Of a stretch of DNA of 64,000 bases, positions 19,424-32,698 are shown piece after piece; position 1 is the stretch's first letter; every line of letters starts with the position of its first letter. The notes under the pieces were generated by a model, which saw only the letters and a list, made by a program, of their open reading frames with translations, was not told the origin of the DNA and ran no database searches. The position numbers and the translations under genes were made by a program. This DNA comes from Thermoplasmata archaeon (GTDB lineage Archaea > Thermoplasmatota > Thermoplasmata > Lutacidiplasmatales > UBA184), in the NCBI GenBank assembly GCA_030037735.1, contig JASHQC010000056.1:1707-65706 (forward strand), given 5' to 3'.

Positions 19424-22400
19424 TGATTGGGCCGGCGCTCGGCCACTTCGCCCTGGTTCCGGAGCGAATAGAACAAGGCCTCCGTACGGGCCGGCGACAC
19501 GCCCTGCTTCTCGGCCGCCGCGCGCAGCTCCTCCATCGTAAAGTATCCCTTTTCCGCCTGGAGCTGGCGCATCATCTCGTACAGCATGTCCATCCGCTCC
19601 CGTTGACTGTGGGTTACGCCCGTCGTCAACGTGTCGATGTCGAGCTGCCCCTCGGAACTCGCGACGCGCGCCAGGAAGCTCGTCACGATCTTGATGGCCC
19701 GATTGGCGTCCTCGAGCGAGACGACGTTCGACAGACGGGCACGGGCCGCGGCCTCGCTCAGTCGGACGAGGGCCTCGAGCTGACGCGCCGTGATAGGGAC
19801 GGGCGCGTCGGGCGCCTCCCCCTGCTTGCGGACCTGAACATAGTAGTCCTCGATGGCGGAGAGGGCTTCGGGGGAAAGTACCGGACGGAAGGTCCGGCGG
19901 GCGTAGGCTATGTACTTTCGCAGGAAATCCGGCGGGAACGGGGCCCCTCCGGAAGGAGATTCAGCGGTTTCGGCACCGAGCTCCCGGGCCTCTCCGGCCC
20001 GGTGGGACTCGAGAATCCGATTCGCCAGCAGCCGGTCTCGTTGACGATCCGGCTTGTCGAATATCGAGTAGATGACGTCGAACCGCGAGAGGAGGGTGGG
20101 GGGAAGATTGACTTGCTCCGCAAAGCTCCGGTCCGGGGCGAACCGCCCAAATCGGGGGTTTGCCGCTGCCAGAACTGTGCAGCGCGCGTTCAAAGTGGCG
20201 GTGATGCCGGCCTTGCTCACCGACACCGTTCCAGATTCTAGCGCCTCATGCATTGCTGACGAATCTTCCGGCGTCATCTTGTCGAGCTCGTCAATGACCG
20301 CGACCCCGCCATCGGCGAGCACCATCATTCCCGCCTCAAGCACCCAGCGACCGCCGGCAAAATCGTCTTTGACCGCGGCCGCCGTCAGACCCGCGGCCGT
20401 GGCTCCTTTGCCGCTAGTGTAGATCCCTCGCGGGGCAACGTCGGCCACATAGCGCAAAAGCTGGCTCTTCGCGGTATTGTGGCTGATGAAACCATTGGCA
20501 ATGAACCGGTGATCCCGGGGTACCTCGATGTCGTACACGGTGGCGCGGCCGGCCGCTCGAATGGAAACGATTCGCTCGAACCGGTGGTCGTGCCCGCGCG
20601 GCCGGTCCTGACGCACTCGACGGACAAGCCGTTCGAGTTGCCGGTTCTTCCCGGCGCTGACAAACCCGATGCGCTGGGCAAAGCGGAGCAGTGAGTTGGT
20701 TCGCCGAATCGACAACGTTCCCTTGTGTCCTCCCCCGATCAGCGACCCGTTCTTGAAGTGAGGAGAGGGACCTTTCTCGCTCCAGATGATGCGGCCATGT
20801 ATCCCCCACCTCAGCAGCAGGATCTGAACGTCACGAAGCAATTCCAGGCTCGTGGACCGCAGAGACACCGCGGTGTCTCCCCGTCCGTTCGCAAAGCACG
20901 TTCCGTCTGCTTCGAAGAGCCATTTGAGAAACGACGCAGCAACGTGGTTGGGAGACTCGAAGATGATATCCGGAACGCGCCTCCTTCGCAGAGGATAGAG
21001 CCACTCCGCGACGGGAGTTCGGTGGACCTGGAAGGGCTGGCACGCCGCCCGACGCTTTTGAGGACTAGGATCCGTGCCAAAGACGCGCCGGAAAAGGTCG
21101 GTTAACGAGGGGGAGAGATCTGGGTCCTTGTCCGCGACGCGGTAGGTTACCTTGCGGTCCGAGACATCCCCGTCACCCAGCACGTATCCCAAGATGGCCG
21201 CAAGGTCCTCGTCAACGAATCCTGGCACGCGAACATGCCAGCTCCCGTGAACGTACTCCGGTACCCTCCATCCAGTGGGGACCAGGGCCGCCTTGCGACA
21301 TGGAATCCTCGAAGCGACCCGGAGGCGGTCGCCGACTGTCAGTTGGTCCAGCCGGCGCCAAACGTCGGTCCGAGCGTCCCGTTTTCGCGTGAGCAGAGGA
21401 TGGTTGAACGTGCCCCGAATGGACTTGCCACTTTCGGTTACGACCTCCAGCGTCGGTAGATCTCGGTACCGATGGAACGTCGTCGCCGTCCCGGTTCGAC
21501 CCGTCGGGCCCCCGACTTGGACCTTTTCCTGGATGGGCTGCAGGTGAGCCGTTCCGAATTTCGCGAGCTTTCGCGTGGCACCCGTTCCAAGGGTGATTCG
21601 TTCATCTCCCACTAGGCAGCCGGGGTCCCCGACCAGCAGGACGTGGACGTCACCCCGGATTCGAATGCCATCGGGTTGGTGTTTTTCGACCCCGCCAAAG
21701 AGCTGGAGCGCGATCGCCTCCTTTTCCTCCTCCATCCCTTTGATGGTCGGAGCAAGGGACAATACAATTCGGTCGATTACCGTCCCGTCACCTTGCCACT
21801 GGAGAATCTCCCTCAGCTCCTCGTCCGTGACTTCAATTTCGGCGTACTCTTGATGTTTGGACTCGAGGGAGTTTCCGAGAAGAATCAAATCGAAAGTAGT
21901 GGACCGTACGACGCCCGTCCGCGAGGACGTGGCCCGCTGGAGCGATTTGAGGGTCCCTGCCACGATCACCCGGTTACCGGGTATCACCTGACCGGTGAGA
22001 TCCTCCGTGAGGAGGACCGAAAGGCCCTGGGGATGCGCACCGCCCTTTAGACTCTCGGGGTTCTCCTGGATTTCAATCCGCTGCGAGTCAACGTACAGGG
22101 ACTTATCCGGGAGCAGCCGGAATCGGGTCCGACTTGCGGGCTTCCCGCAGCCGCCCTGGGCAGTGTAACATTCGATGGGCTCCCGGAAAATCGGACTGGT
22201 CTCGTCCTGCAATTCATGAATCTCCACTCGACATGCTGCGCAGGAAAAGACCGCATCTCGAATCTGTGGACGAACTTCCGTCGCCTTTCGAACGATCCCG
22301 TCGATGGCAATGAAGCGATTGAGGTCGGATTCTCGTATTTCTCGAATGACACGGTGCGCGGTGACCGGGAGCCCCGTCACGCGCAACCGGAGACCTTGGG

Positions 22401-22662
22401 CCTCGGGACCCATCACTGGCAGCAGCTCCCGCATGGCGCGCGAGCCGAAGTCCAGGACCTCCTCGGGGCGGACCAGGAGCTCGTCCGCCAACGCCGTGTC
22501 GGCCGTCTCGATCGCGGGGAACGGAATCTCGAGCGACCGTTCCTCGGGGAAGCGGCTCGCCAGCTCCATCACCTTGTGCCGTACGCCGGCCTCTTCGAAG
22601 ACCGCCGCCCAGCGGCCCGCTAGTTCACCGGGTGAGGTGAGCACGCGAGGTGACGTGACCAT
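19402..22662 (-). CDS. mcm: MCM replicative helicase, interrupted in-frame by an intein in the Walker A motif
   Basis: N-terminal C4 zinc finger (CAAC..CYTAQGGC), Walker A split as GDPG|intein|TAKSQ, Walker B VIDELDKM, arginine finger and winged-helix C-terminus. 1086 aa precursor, about 705 aa mature. Confidence 0.9.
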   Translation of the reverse strand: MVTSPRVLTSPGELAGRWAAVFEEAGVRHKVMELASRFPEERSLEIPFPAIETADTALADELLVRPEEVLDFGSRAMRELLPVMGPEAQGLRLRVTGLPVTAHRVIREIRESDLNRFIAIDGIVRKATEVRPQIRDAVFSCAACRVEIHELQDETSPIFREPIECYTAQGGCGKPASRTRFRLLPDKSLYVDSQRIEIQENPESLKGGAHPQGLSVLLTEDLTGQVIPGNRVIVAGTLKSLQRATSSRTGVVRSTTFDLILLGNSLESKHQEYAEIEVTDEELREILQWQGDGTVIDRIVLSLAPTIKGMEEEKEAIALQLFGGVEKHQPDGIRIRGDVHVLLVGDPGCLVGDERITLGTGATRKLAKFGTAHLQPIQEKVQVGGPTGRTGTATTFHRYRDLPTLEVVTESGKSIRGTFNHPLLTRKRDARTDVWRRLDQLTVGDRLRVASRIPCRKAALVPTGWRVPEYVHGSWHVRVPGFVDEDLAAILGYVLGDGDVSDRKVTYRVADKDPDLSPSLTDLFRRVFGTDPSPQKRRAACQPFQVHRTPVAEWLYPLRRRRVPDIIFESPNHVAASFLKWLFEADGTCFANGRGDTAVSLRSTSLELLRDVQILLLRWGIHGRIIWSEKGPSPHFKNGSLIGGGHKGTLSIRRTNSLLRFAQRIGFVSAGKNRQLERLVRRVRQDRPRGHDHRFERIVSIRAAGRATVYDIEVPRDHRFIANGFISHNTAKSQLLRYVADVAPRGIYTSGKGATAAGLTAAAVKDDFAGGRWVLEAGMMVLADGGVAVIDELDKMTPEDSSAMHEALESGTVSVSKAGITATLNARCTVLAAANPRFGRFAPDRSFAEQVNLPPTLLSRFDVIYSIFDKPDRQRDRLLANRILESHRAGEARELGAETAESPSGGAPFPPDFLRKYIAYARRTFRPVLSPEALSAIEDYYVQVRKQGEAPDAPVPITARQLEALVRLSEAAARARLSNVVSLEDANRAIKIVTSFLARVASSEGQLDIDTLTTGVTHSQRERMDMLYEMMRQLQAEKGYFTMEELRAAAEKQGVSPARTEALFYSLRNQGEVAERRPNQWQLIRF
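20476..21618 (-). mobile_element. intein (about 381 aa) with LAGLIDADG homing-endonuclease domain inserted in the MCM P-loop
   Basis: Begins with Cys after GDPG, ends ..ISHN followed by T of TAKSQ; internal LAAILGYVLGDGD (LAGLIDADG block) and a second dodecapeptide-like block (FLKWLFEADG). Confidence 0.8.
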
Positions 22663-22682
22663 GGGGTACCGGCTCCTGAGAT

Positions 22683-23879
22683 TCAGGGGGTCAAGCGATA
22701 GCGGTCTCTAGGAAATAGCCGTGACTCTCGGATATTGGGAAGGTCTGCCAGCACGGTGGTGAAGCGGTCGAGGCCGAACCCCCAACCCCCATGGGGAGGC
22801 ATCCCGAACCGGAACGCCTCCAGATAGCCTTCGAGGGTGGCCGGATCCACCCCGGCGGCGCGGATATTGGCCATGAGCTGCTCGAACCGATGTTCCCGTC
22901 GGCCCCCGCTGGCCAACTCGAGACCCCGATAGTCGAGGTCGAAGTAGTCAACGAACTGGGGGCGGTCGTCGAACCGGTGGGCGTAGAAAGTGCCCACCTT
23001 CACGGAAGTGGGAAAATCGGTCAGGAAGTAGAATGGGTTACCGTACTTGGTCACCAGGACCTCTCCGAGCCGCTTCTCGTCTTCCGGGCTCAGGTCCTTC
23101 TCGGCTCCCGGAGTGCCTAGCAGCTCCTGGCACTCGGTGTAAGGAATCCGGGGAAAGGGAGGCTCCGCGACCGGCAACTTGTCCGCGAAAGCATTCCCCC
23201 AGCTCTGGAGCCGCGCCCGGGTCGTCGCGAGGGTGTCGGTAACGATCGCCTCGAGCACTTGGCGGACGTCGTCGGCGTCCCGGATGTAGGCGATCTCGCC
23301 GTCGACGCTCGAAAACTCTGTGAGGTGCCGGACCGTGTCAGAGGGCTCGGCCCGAAAGGCCGGGGCGATCTCGAAGACGCGCTCGAACCCGGCGCTCATG
23401 AGCATCTGCTTGTAGAGCTGCGGGCTCTGCGCCAGGTAGGCCGGAGAATCGAAGTAGTCCACGGCGAACATCGTCGCTCCTCCCTCGGCGCCCTGACGGA
23501 GGAGCTTTGGCGTCTCGACCTCGAGAAACCCGCGGGAGAGGAACGACTGACGCAGGCCCTCCAGGAGCGCCGTGCGCAGCTCGAAGATGGCCCGGACCGC
23601 CGGCTTTCGGAGGTCGATCACTCGGTGATTGAGGCGGGTGTCGAGCTCAGCGCCGACCTTGTCGGCCACGCCGAGGGGCAACGGGACCTCCGCCTGGGAG
23701 AGGATCTCTGCGCGGGTCGGGATGACCTCCACCCCACGTTGCGCCTTCGGGGAGGCTTGGACTGTACCATCGACCTGAATCACCGACTCCCTCGGGGTGG
23801 CGGCGAACAGGGCGAAGAGCTGGGGGTCGGTGGCTCCCTTCTTGAGAGTGATCTGAGCGATGCCCGAGCCATCCCGCAC
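22683..23879 (-). CDS. aspS: aspartyl-tRNA synthetase, archaeal type (class IIb)
   Basis: Class II motifs 1-3, C-terminal FPRDRYRLTP. The listed start is a GTG. Upstream in the same frame (to about 23950) the sequence [38 protein letters not shown].. encodes the expected N-terminal OB-fold beginning, so the true start lies upstream and overlaps the pyrG 3' end. Confidence 0.8.
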   Translation of the reverse strand: MRDGSGIAQITLKKGATDPQLFALFAATPRESVIQVDGTVQASPKAQRGVEVIPTRAEILSQAEVPLPLGVADKVGAELDTRLNHRVIDLRKPAVRAIFELRTALLEGLRQSFLSRGFLEVETPKLLRQGAEGGATMFAVDYFDSPAYLAQSPQLYKQMLMSAGFERVFEIAPAFRAEPSDTVRHLTEFSSVDGEIAYIRDADDVRQVLEAIVTDTLATTRARLQSWGNAFADKLPVAEPPFPRIPYTECQELLGTPGAEKDLSPEDEKRLGEVLVTKYGNPFYFLTDFPTSVKVGTFYAHRFDDRPQFVDYFDLDYRGLELASGGRREHRFEQLMANIRAAGVDPATLEGYLEAFRFGMPPHGGWGFGLDRFTTVLADLPNIRESRLFPRDRYRLTP

Positions 23880-23964
23880 GAGCGCGAACGCGACGCCGCC
23901 CAGCGCGCGGTAGTCTTGCAGGTGCCCGGCAACCCGGACGGCCGATCCGGCGAGGGCCGGCAGC

Positions 23965-25599
23965 TCACGCGTGAGCCGCCGCGGGGGCGACAGAAGCGGC
24001 CACCTCCTTGCGCGCGAGCGCCGCCCGCACGAGGCCCATGTACAGCGGGTGCGGCGTCTCGGGCCGGGAGAGGAGCTCCGGGTGATACTGGACTCCGAGG
24101 AAGAACGGATGCGAGGGGATCTCGAACGACTCCACCCGGCCGTCGACTGACCGACCGGTCACGACGAGGCCCTGTTGATTCATGCGGTCGAGGTACGCCG
24201 GATTGATCTCGTAGCGATGCCGGTGCCGCTCCCAGATCTCGGAGCGACCGTAGACTTCCGCGATCCGGCTGCCCGCCACGAGCTCGACGCGCTGGGCCCC
24301 GAGCCGCATGGTGCCACCCATGTCGGCGACCTCCTTCTGCTCCTCCAGGAGGCAGACGACGGGGTCGGGCGTGTGCGGATCCACCTCGGTCGTATTGGCC
24401 TGCGAGAGCCCGAGGGCGTTCCGCGCGAACTCGACCGCCGCGAGCTGGAAGCCATAACAGACTCCGAGGAACGGAATGGAGAGGGTTCGGGCCGTCTCGA
24501 TGGCCCGCAATTTACCATCAACGCCCCGTGCTCCGAATCCTGGCGCCACCAGCACGGCATCGGCCCGCCGCAGACGCGCCAAAGCGGCGGAGTCGCGAGG
24601 AAGGTCTTCGGAATCGTACCAATGGAGCTGGATCGAGTAGCCGAGGTTTCCCTGCACGTGGTGGAACGCTTCGATGTGGGAGAGGTATGCATCTTTGAGC
24701 TCGGTGTACTTGCCGACGAAGGCGATGTCCAAGCTCCCCTGGTTGGCGCGATAGGTGGTGAGAAATTCCTTCCACCGTCCGTAGTCCGGCGGCCGGTCCG
24801 GTAGCCTGAGTTGCCGGGATAGGAGTTGGCCCACGCCCTGGGCTTCCAGGACGAGGGGCACCTCGTAGATCACTTGCTGGTCGGGCACCGAAATGACCGC
24901 CTCGGGCGGCACGTCGCAGAACAGCGAGATTTTTGCCTTGATCTCCGGCGTCAGGGGCACCGACGCACGGGCCACGATGATCGACGGGCGAATTCCGATG
25001 GCCCGGAGTTCGCGTACGGAGTGCTGGGTGGGCTTCGTCTTGGGCTCGCCGACCGGTCCGGCGACGGGAACGAGTGTCGTGTGCACGAACGACATGTGGC
25101 CCTCGCCCAGTTCGTACGACAGCTCACGCAGGGCCTCGAGGAACGGCATCGATTCGATGTCGCCCACGGTCCCGCCAACCTCGACAAGCACAACCTCGGC
25201 GCCGGTGGTCTGGGCTACTTCCCGAATCTGGCGCTTGATCTCTCCCGTGATATGCGGAATGATCTGGACGGTGGTACCCAGATAGTCGCCACGGCGTTCC
25301 TTGTCGATGACGGCGCGATAGATCTTGCCGGTGGTGATGTTGTGGCTGCCGGTGAGGCTCTGTCCGAGGAACCGCTCGTAGTTCCCGAGGTCGAGGTCGA
25401 CTTCCGTTCCGTCGTCTAAGACGAACACCTCGCCATGCTGGTACGGGTTCATCGTACCGGCGTCGACGTTGAGGTACGGATCGATCTTGAGAACAGTCAC
25501 CGGGACCCCCCGGGCCTTCAGCAACCGTGCGAGCGACGCCGTCGTGATGCCTTTCCCGAGGCCGGAGATAACTCCGCCGCTCACGACCAAGACTTTCAT
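23965..25599 (-). CDS. pyrG: CTP synthase
   Basis: 544 aa with an N-terminal synthetase domain ([10 protein letters not shown]) and a C-terminal glutamine amidotransferase domain with the catalytic Cys (GVCYGFQ). Confidence 0.9.
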   Translation of the reverse strand: MKVLVVSGGVISGLGKGITTASLARLLKARGVPVTVLKIDPYLNVDAGTMNPYQHGEVFVLDDGTEVDLDLGNYERFLGQSLTGSHNITTGKIYRAVIDKERRGDYLGTTVQIIPHITGEIKRQIREVAQTTGAEVVLVEVGGTVGDIESMPFLEALRELSYELGEGHMSFVHTTLVPVAGPVGEPKTKPTQHSVRELRAIGIRPSIIVARASVPLTPEIKAKISLFCDVPPEAVISVPDQQVIYEVPLVLEAQGVGQLLSRQLRLPDRPPDYGRWKEFLTTYRANQGSLDIAFVGKYTELKDAYLSHIEAFHHVQGNLGYSIQLHWYDSEDLPRDSAALARLRRADAVLVAPGFGARGVDGKLRAIETARTLSIPFLGVCYGFQLAAVEFARNALGLSQANTTEVDPHTPDPVVCLLEEQKEVADMGGTMRLGAQRVELVAGSRIAEVYGRSEIWERHRHRYEINPAYLDRMNQQGLVVTGRSVDGRVESFEIPSHPFFLGVQYHPELLSRPETPHPLYMGLVRAALARKEVAASVAPAAAHA

Positions 25600-25705
25600 C
25601 CACGAACCTCGCGCGGGTAACTGGACTCCACCTTAAAGTCTGCCTCCGGGAGATGACGAAACGCGGTGGATGCATGTGAAAATCGCCGCGTTTCGAAGTC
25701 CCCGC

Positions 25706-26479
25706 TCACAGTGGAACCCTCCGTCCGGAGCTATCTCGCTTGGTCCGACCGAACTCAGCGATCGGGGTCAGCCGACTCGCCGGAAACACGGGGCCGTCCG
25801 TGCACACGTGGTAGGGACCCAGGGCACACGCATCGCACATGCCCAGGGCGCACTTCATTTGCCGCTCCATCGAGCAAAAGACGGGAACCCGGCGCTCGTC
25901 GGCCGCCGAGATGACCTTCTTCATCATCACTTCGGGGCCGCATGTCCATACCGCGTCGAACGGTTGCTCCGCCAACAGTCGTCGGCTCACGTCCGTCACA
26001 AACCCGTGGTGGCCTCGTGAACCGTCGTCCGTCGCCACCTCGACCTTCTCGGAGATCGCCTTCATCCGGTCCACGAAGAGGAGCTCCGGTGCGGTCGTCG
26101 CGCCCAGTGCTGCGACGATCCGGCTCCCTCGTTGAGCAGCGGCCTCGGCCGCCGGTGCGAGAACGGCCGTTCCGGACCCACCCCCGACCGCTAGGATTCG
26201 CCGGGGATCCAGGTCGAATTGGTTCCCGTACGGGCCGCGGATGCCCACCAGCGTGCCCACCGGGAGGGAGAGCGTTCGGCGCGAGGTGTCCCCCATCGCC
26301 TTGATCGTTACTCCCTTAGGGTCACCGGTGTACGACAGCGACATCGGCAGCTCGTCATCGCCAGGAATCCAGATCATGACGAACTGGCCCGGTCCCGCTG
26401 GAGGGGCGTAACGGAAACGCAGAGTCACCGTGTTGGGGGTCTCAACCACACGCTCCGAGACCTCCGTGATAGTGCGCAC
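25706..26479 (-). CDS. pyrK: dihydroorotate dehydrogenase electron-transfer subunit
   Basis: FAD/NAD-binding ferredoxin-reductase-like fold with a C-terminal Cys cluster (CALGMCDAC); immediately upstream of pyrD. Confidence 0.75.
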   Translation of the reverse strand: MRTITEVSERVVETPNTVTLRFRYAPPAGPGQFVMIWIPGDDELPMSLSYTGDPKGVTIKAMGDTSRRTLSLPVGTLVGIRGPYGNQFDLDPRRILAVGGGSGTAVLAPAAEAAAQRGSRIVAALGATTAPELLFVDRMKAISEKVEVATDDGSRGHHGFVTDVSRRLLAEQPFDAVWTCGPEVMMKKVISAADERRVPVFCSMERQMKCALGMCDACALGPYHVCTDGPVFPASRLTPIAEFGRTKRDSSGRRVPL

Positions 26480-26525
26480 AAATTTAGAGCCGGTGCCGGA
26501 ATAAAAGGCTAGCCCGCCACGCGGA

Positions 26526-27452
26526 TCACTGCGGGGTGGCGGTCGTGTGGGCGCCGCCGACTATCTCCTCGAGTCGGTGCACCTTGAGCGCGTCCAGCCG
26601 TTCGCTGAGCTCTTTGGCGAGTCCGGAGAATATGCCGATCCCTCGAAATGCGACGGCGGTTCCCAATTGCACCGCCCGGGCCCCCGCGAGCACGTATTCG
26701 ATGACGTCGTCCGCGTGCTCGATCCCGCCAATCCCGATGATAGGGATACGCACGCGCTCGTAGATCTGCCAGACGCACGCTAGTCCGATCGGCTTGATCG
26801 CGGGCCCGCTTAGCCCCCCAAGCCCGTGGGCGAGGACCGGCCGACGCAGTCGGACGTCGATCGCCAAGGCCCGAACCGTGTTGATGGCGCTGATCGCATC
26901 CGCGCCCGCCGACTCTGCCGCTTGGGCGAGGGAGGCCACGTCGTAGTGGTTGGGAGTGATCTTCGCGATCACCGGTATCTTGACCGCCCGCTTCACAGCC
27001 CGAACCACCTCTCGCACCTGGTCGGGATCCTGGCCGATCCCAGACCCCAATCCCTTCGCGTGAGGACAGCTCAAATTGAGCTCCAGTGCCAGGACCCCCG
27101 TCGCGGCCATCCGGGCGGCGAGTTGGGCGAACTCCTCGGCATCGGCCCCGAACACCGACCCGATGACCGCTGCGCCGGCGGACCGGGCGATACCGATCTC
27201 CTGAGGATATTCCTCGATCCCCGGATTCGGGAGACCCATCGCGTTGAGCATACCCCACTTTTCATACGTCACGACCGTGGGATTGGGGTAACCCATCCGG
27301 GGCTGGCTACCGATCGACTTGGTAACGACGCCGCCGGCCCCGGCTTCCCAAGCGCCTTTCAGCGAATTGCCGCTTTCTCCCCAGATCCCGGACGCTAGCC
27401 AGAGCGGATTTCGAAACGTGTGTCCCACTAGCGTCGTACGGAGATCGGCCAC
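26526..27452 (-). CDS. pyrD: dihydroorotate dehydrogenase catalytic subunit (class 1B)
   Basis: 308 aa TIM-barrel DHOD sequence (..NPLWLASG.., ..LELNLSCPH..). Confidence 0.85.
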   Translation of the reverse strand: MADLRTTLVGHTFRNPLWLASGIWGESGNSLKGAWEAGAGGVVTKSIGSQPRMGYPNPTVVTYEKWGMLNAMGLPNPGIEEYPQEIGIARSAGAAVIGSVFGADAEEFAQLAARMAATGVLALELNLSCPHAKGLGSGIGQDPDQVREVVRAVKRAVKIPVIAKITPNHYDVASLAQAAESAGADAISAINTVRALAIDVRLRRPVLAHGLGGLSGPAIKPIGLACVWQIYERVRIPIIGIGGIEHADDVIEYVLAGARAVQLGTAVAFRGIGIFSGLAKELSERLDALKVHRLEEIVGGAHTTATPQ

Positions 27453-27499
27453 TGGCGTCGGGGAGCCGTGGTCGGTTTATAGGACTTGGCCGTCGGAAA

Positions 27500-30115
<2,616 letters not shown>

Positions 30116-30216
30116 GGGAGCCGCCGCTGACCGCCGTCGTCGCGCTCCTGGGACCTCCGGAGCTGGGGAAAGAGCTCGGCAAAAAGGGTACCTCGAGCGA
30201 CATCGCACTCTACAAC

Positions 30217-31101
30217 ATGACCCGGGACGGCCAGGTGCTCACCACCGTCGAGCCGGCGCAGTTTCCCGAAAAGTTCCCGTCCCTGCTCTACGCCATCGCG
30301 CTCGCGGACCGGGTCCTCCTGGTGGTGACGGCGCTGGACCGACCGTTCGCCGAGAGCGTGGCAACGCTCGACCTGTTCGACACACCGGTCTCGGTCTATC
30401 TTACTGGCGGTGCGGGGGAGACGGAGGTGCGACGGGTCCTGAAAGGGAGCCGCTTCGAGTCCGCACCCCTTACTCCGCTGGACCTCCCTCACCTCCGGGA
30501 GGAACTGATGGGCTGGACGCCGCCGCCGGTTCCCGACGGTCCCGTCTCGGTGCGCCTCGACCACGCCTTTCCCGTCAAGGGGGTCGGCACCGTGGCCCTG
30601 GGGTTCGTCCAACGGGGAACGCTTCACGCCCACGATCGACTTCGCTTGTGGCCAACGGAGCGCGAGGTGGAGGTCCGGTCGATCCAGTCCCAGGACGTGG
30701 ATATTCGAGAGGCATCGCAGGGAACGCGCGTCGGCGTGGCCCTGAAAGGCGCGGATGCCGACGAGATTTCTCGAGGGCAGATACTGGCTCCGGCGACGGG
30801 GCACACGATAGGAAACCGTTTCGTGCTACGGGCGCGCCGAGATTCCCGATACTATCGGGGTCGGGTGGATGAAGGGGCCCAACTGCAGTTGCTCGTGGGA
30901 CTCCAGCTTCTCCCGGCCCGTATCGAATCGGCCGTCCCGGACCGACTCGAGCTGACGACCGACCGACCGGTCGTCGCGGATCGGGGGGATCCGGCGTGGC
31001 TTTCGGACCTTTCTGCGGCGCCGGGGCCTCGCTTGGTAGGTCGCGCGGTGCTCGACGAGGTGAAGCTTGATACGCACCCATCGACGTCTTCGTCAGTGTG
31101 A
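30217..31101 (+). CDS. EF-Tu/SelB-like domain-II protein with degenerate (P-loop-less) G domain
   Basis: Beta-barrel domain II signature (VRLDHAFPVKGVGTVALGFVQRGTLHAHDRLRLWP..) while the N-terminal region lacks GxxxxGKS/T; no in-frame start exists upstream of the ATG at 30217. Confidence 0.45.
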   Translation: MTRDGQVLTTVEPAQFPEKFPSLLYAIALADRVLLVVTALDRPFAESVATLDLFDTPVSVYLTGGAGETEVRRVLKGSRFESAPLTPLDLPHLREELMGWTPPPVPDGPVSVRLDHAFPVKGVGTVALGFVQRGTLHAHDRLRLWPTEREVEVRSIQSQDVDIREASQGTRVGVALKGADADEISRGQILAPATGHTIGNRFVLRARRDSRYYRGRVDEGAQLQLLVGLQLLPARIESAVPDRLELTTDRPVVADRGDPAWLSDLSAAPGPRLVGRAVLDEVKLDTHPSTSSSV

Positions 31102-31313
31102 CCCTTCCACCGTACCCTCGGTTGATGTCGGAAGCTATCCAACCCGCGGCCTCTCCCGAACGGACCTGCTCGAGCTGCCGGACCCCACTGGTGTTCCAAG
31201 GGCGTCACCCGTTCCGTACCGGGGGGCTGTCCGGTCACACCGAGAGCGTGATCCTCCTCGAGATGCAGTGGTGCCCCCACTGCGGCCGGGTCGAGTTCTT
31301 CAGCGGAACCTGA
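31098..31313 (+). CDS. small zinc-ribbon protein
   Basis: CSSC..(~35)..CPHC; ORF only. Confidence 0.3.
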   Translation: MTLPPYPRLMSEAIQPAASPERTCSSCRTPLVFQGRHPFRTGGLSGHTESVILLEMQWCPHCGRVEFFSGT

Positions 31314-31320
31314 GCTCCCG

Positions 31321-32523
31321 CTACGCGAACATCGTGACGGACTCCTTGCGGAGCTCTTCCTCGCCCACGACCTTCTCGACCGCGCGGTCGAAGTCGGCGG
31401 CGGTCACGTAGTCCCGTTCCTCGCGGATCGCGAACATCCCGGCCTCGGTGCAGATCGACTTGATGTCGGCACCGGTCGCGCCGTCGGTCCGACTCGCGAG
31501 CGCCTCGAAGTCGACGGGGTCCTTGATGGCCATGCCGGCGGAGTGGATCCGGAATATCTCGGCCCGGCCCTGGTAGGAGGGCACGGGGATCTCAATGATC
31601 CGGTCGAACCGACCGGGCCGCAGCAGCGCTTCGTCCAGAATGTCCGGGCGGTTCGTCGCGGCGATGATCTTGGTGTTGGCGAGTGGTTCGAACCCGTCCA
31701 TCTCGGCGAGGAGCTGCATCAGGGTCCGCTGGACCTCGCGGTCGCCACTGGTCGCCACTTCGAGCCGCTTCGCCCCAATCGAATCGATCTCGTCGATGAA
31801 GATGACCGTGGGCGCCTTCTCCCGCGCCAGCTGGAACAGTTCTCGGACAAGCCGGGCCCCTTCCCCGATGTACTTCTGGACCAGCTCGCTACCGACGAGC
31901 CGGATGAACGTCGCGTGGGTGTGATGGGCCACGGCCTTGGCGATCATGGTCTTGCCCGTGCCCGGCGGGCCGATCAGCAGGACGCCCTTGGGCGGCTCGA
32001 CGCCGACCTTCTTGTACAGCTCTGTCCGCAGCAGCGGGTACTCCACGGCTTCCCGGATGTCCCGGATCTGGTCGGAGAGACCCCCGATGTCGGTGTAGGC
32101 AACGTTCGGCTTCTCCACGATCTCACTCGCGGTCACGAGCGGGTCGACCGAGGCAGGCAGCACTCCCATCACGGCGAGCGTCTGCTTGTTGAGGGCCACC
32201 CGGCAGCCGACGGAGAGCTTGTCGTGCTCCACGTTCTCCGCGGAGTTGACGACGAAGTCCGGACCCGTCGACGACTTGACCACGACCCGACCATCGGTGA
32301 GGATGTCGCGGACGCTGCCGACAATGAGCGGCGGGTACCGGAGCCGGTCAAGCTCGGTCTTGAGCCGCTTGACCTCGCGCTGGAGACGGAGGATTTCGGC
32401 CTCCATGTAGTGCCGCTCGCTCTCGACCCGCTTGATGGCCTCGGCGAGCTGACTGTTCCTCAGTTCGAGGAAGTTCACCCGGTCGAAGTCGGTGTTCTGC
32501 GTCGCAGGTTCGGTGTCCGCCAT
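31321..32523 (-). CDS. pan: proteasome-activating nucleotidase (PAN)
   Basis: 400 aa from ATG at 32521-32523 (MADTEP..); N-terminal coiled coil, [11 protein letters not shown] and C-terminal HbYX-like ending (..TMFA). Confidence 0.9.
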   Translation of the reverse strand: MADTEPATQNTDFDRVNFLELRNSQLAEAIKRVESERHYMEAEILRLQREVKRLKTELDRLRYPPLIVGSVRDILTDGRVVVKSSTGPDFVVNSAENVEHDKLSVGCRVALNKQTLAVMGVLPASVDPLVTASEIVEKPNVAYTDIGGLSDQIRDIREAVEYPLLRTELYKKVGVEPPKGVLLIGPPGTGKTMIAKAVAHHTHATFIRLVGSELVQKYIGEGARLVRELFQLAREKAPTVIFIDEIDSIGAKRLEVATSGDREVQRTLMQLLAEMDGFEPLANTKIIAATNRPDILDEALLRPGRFDRIIEIPVPSYQGRAEIFRIHSAGMAIKDPVDFEALASRTDGATGADIKSICTEAGMFAIREERDYVTAADFDRAVEKVVGEEELRKESVTMFA

Positions 32524-32698
32524 CCGGTTACACGTCTCCGATAAGAGACCGAAATCTTCTAGCCCGTCTAGGATTATACCTCTTTGCGTTCGGCTGCAGC
32601 ACCGCAGGTGCAGTTCCGTACCGAGAGAACGCCGCCACGCTTTCCGCACCCGGCGCGGCGGCACCGGCTTTAAGGCTTCTGCGGAAACTTCGCCGAGA

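Noticed and set aside
32524-32698. Inverted repeat ctgcagcaccgcaggtgcag in the PAN/pantoate-kinase divergent promoter region
   Set aside because: Imperfect and short; no support beyond a chance GC-rich quasi-palindrome.
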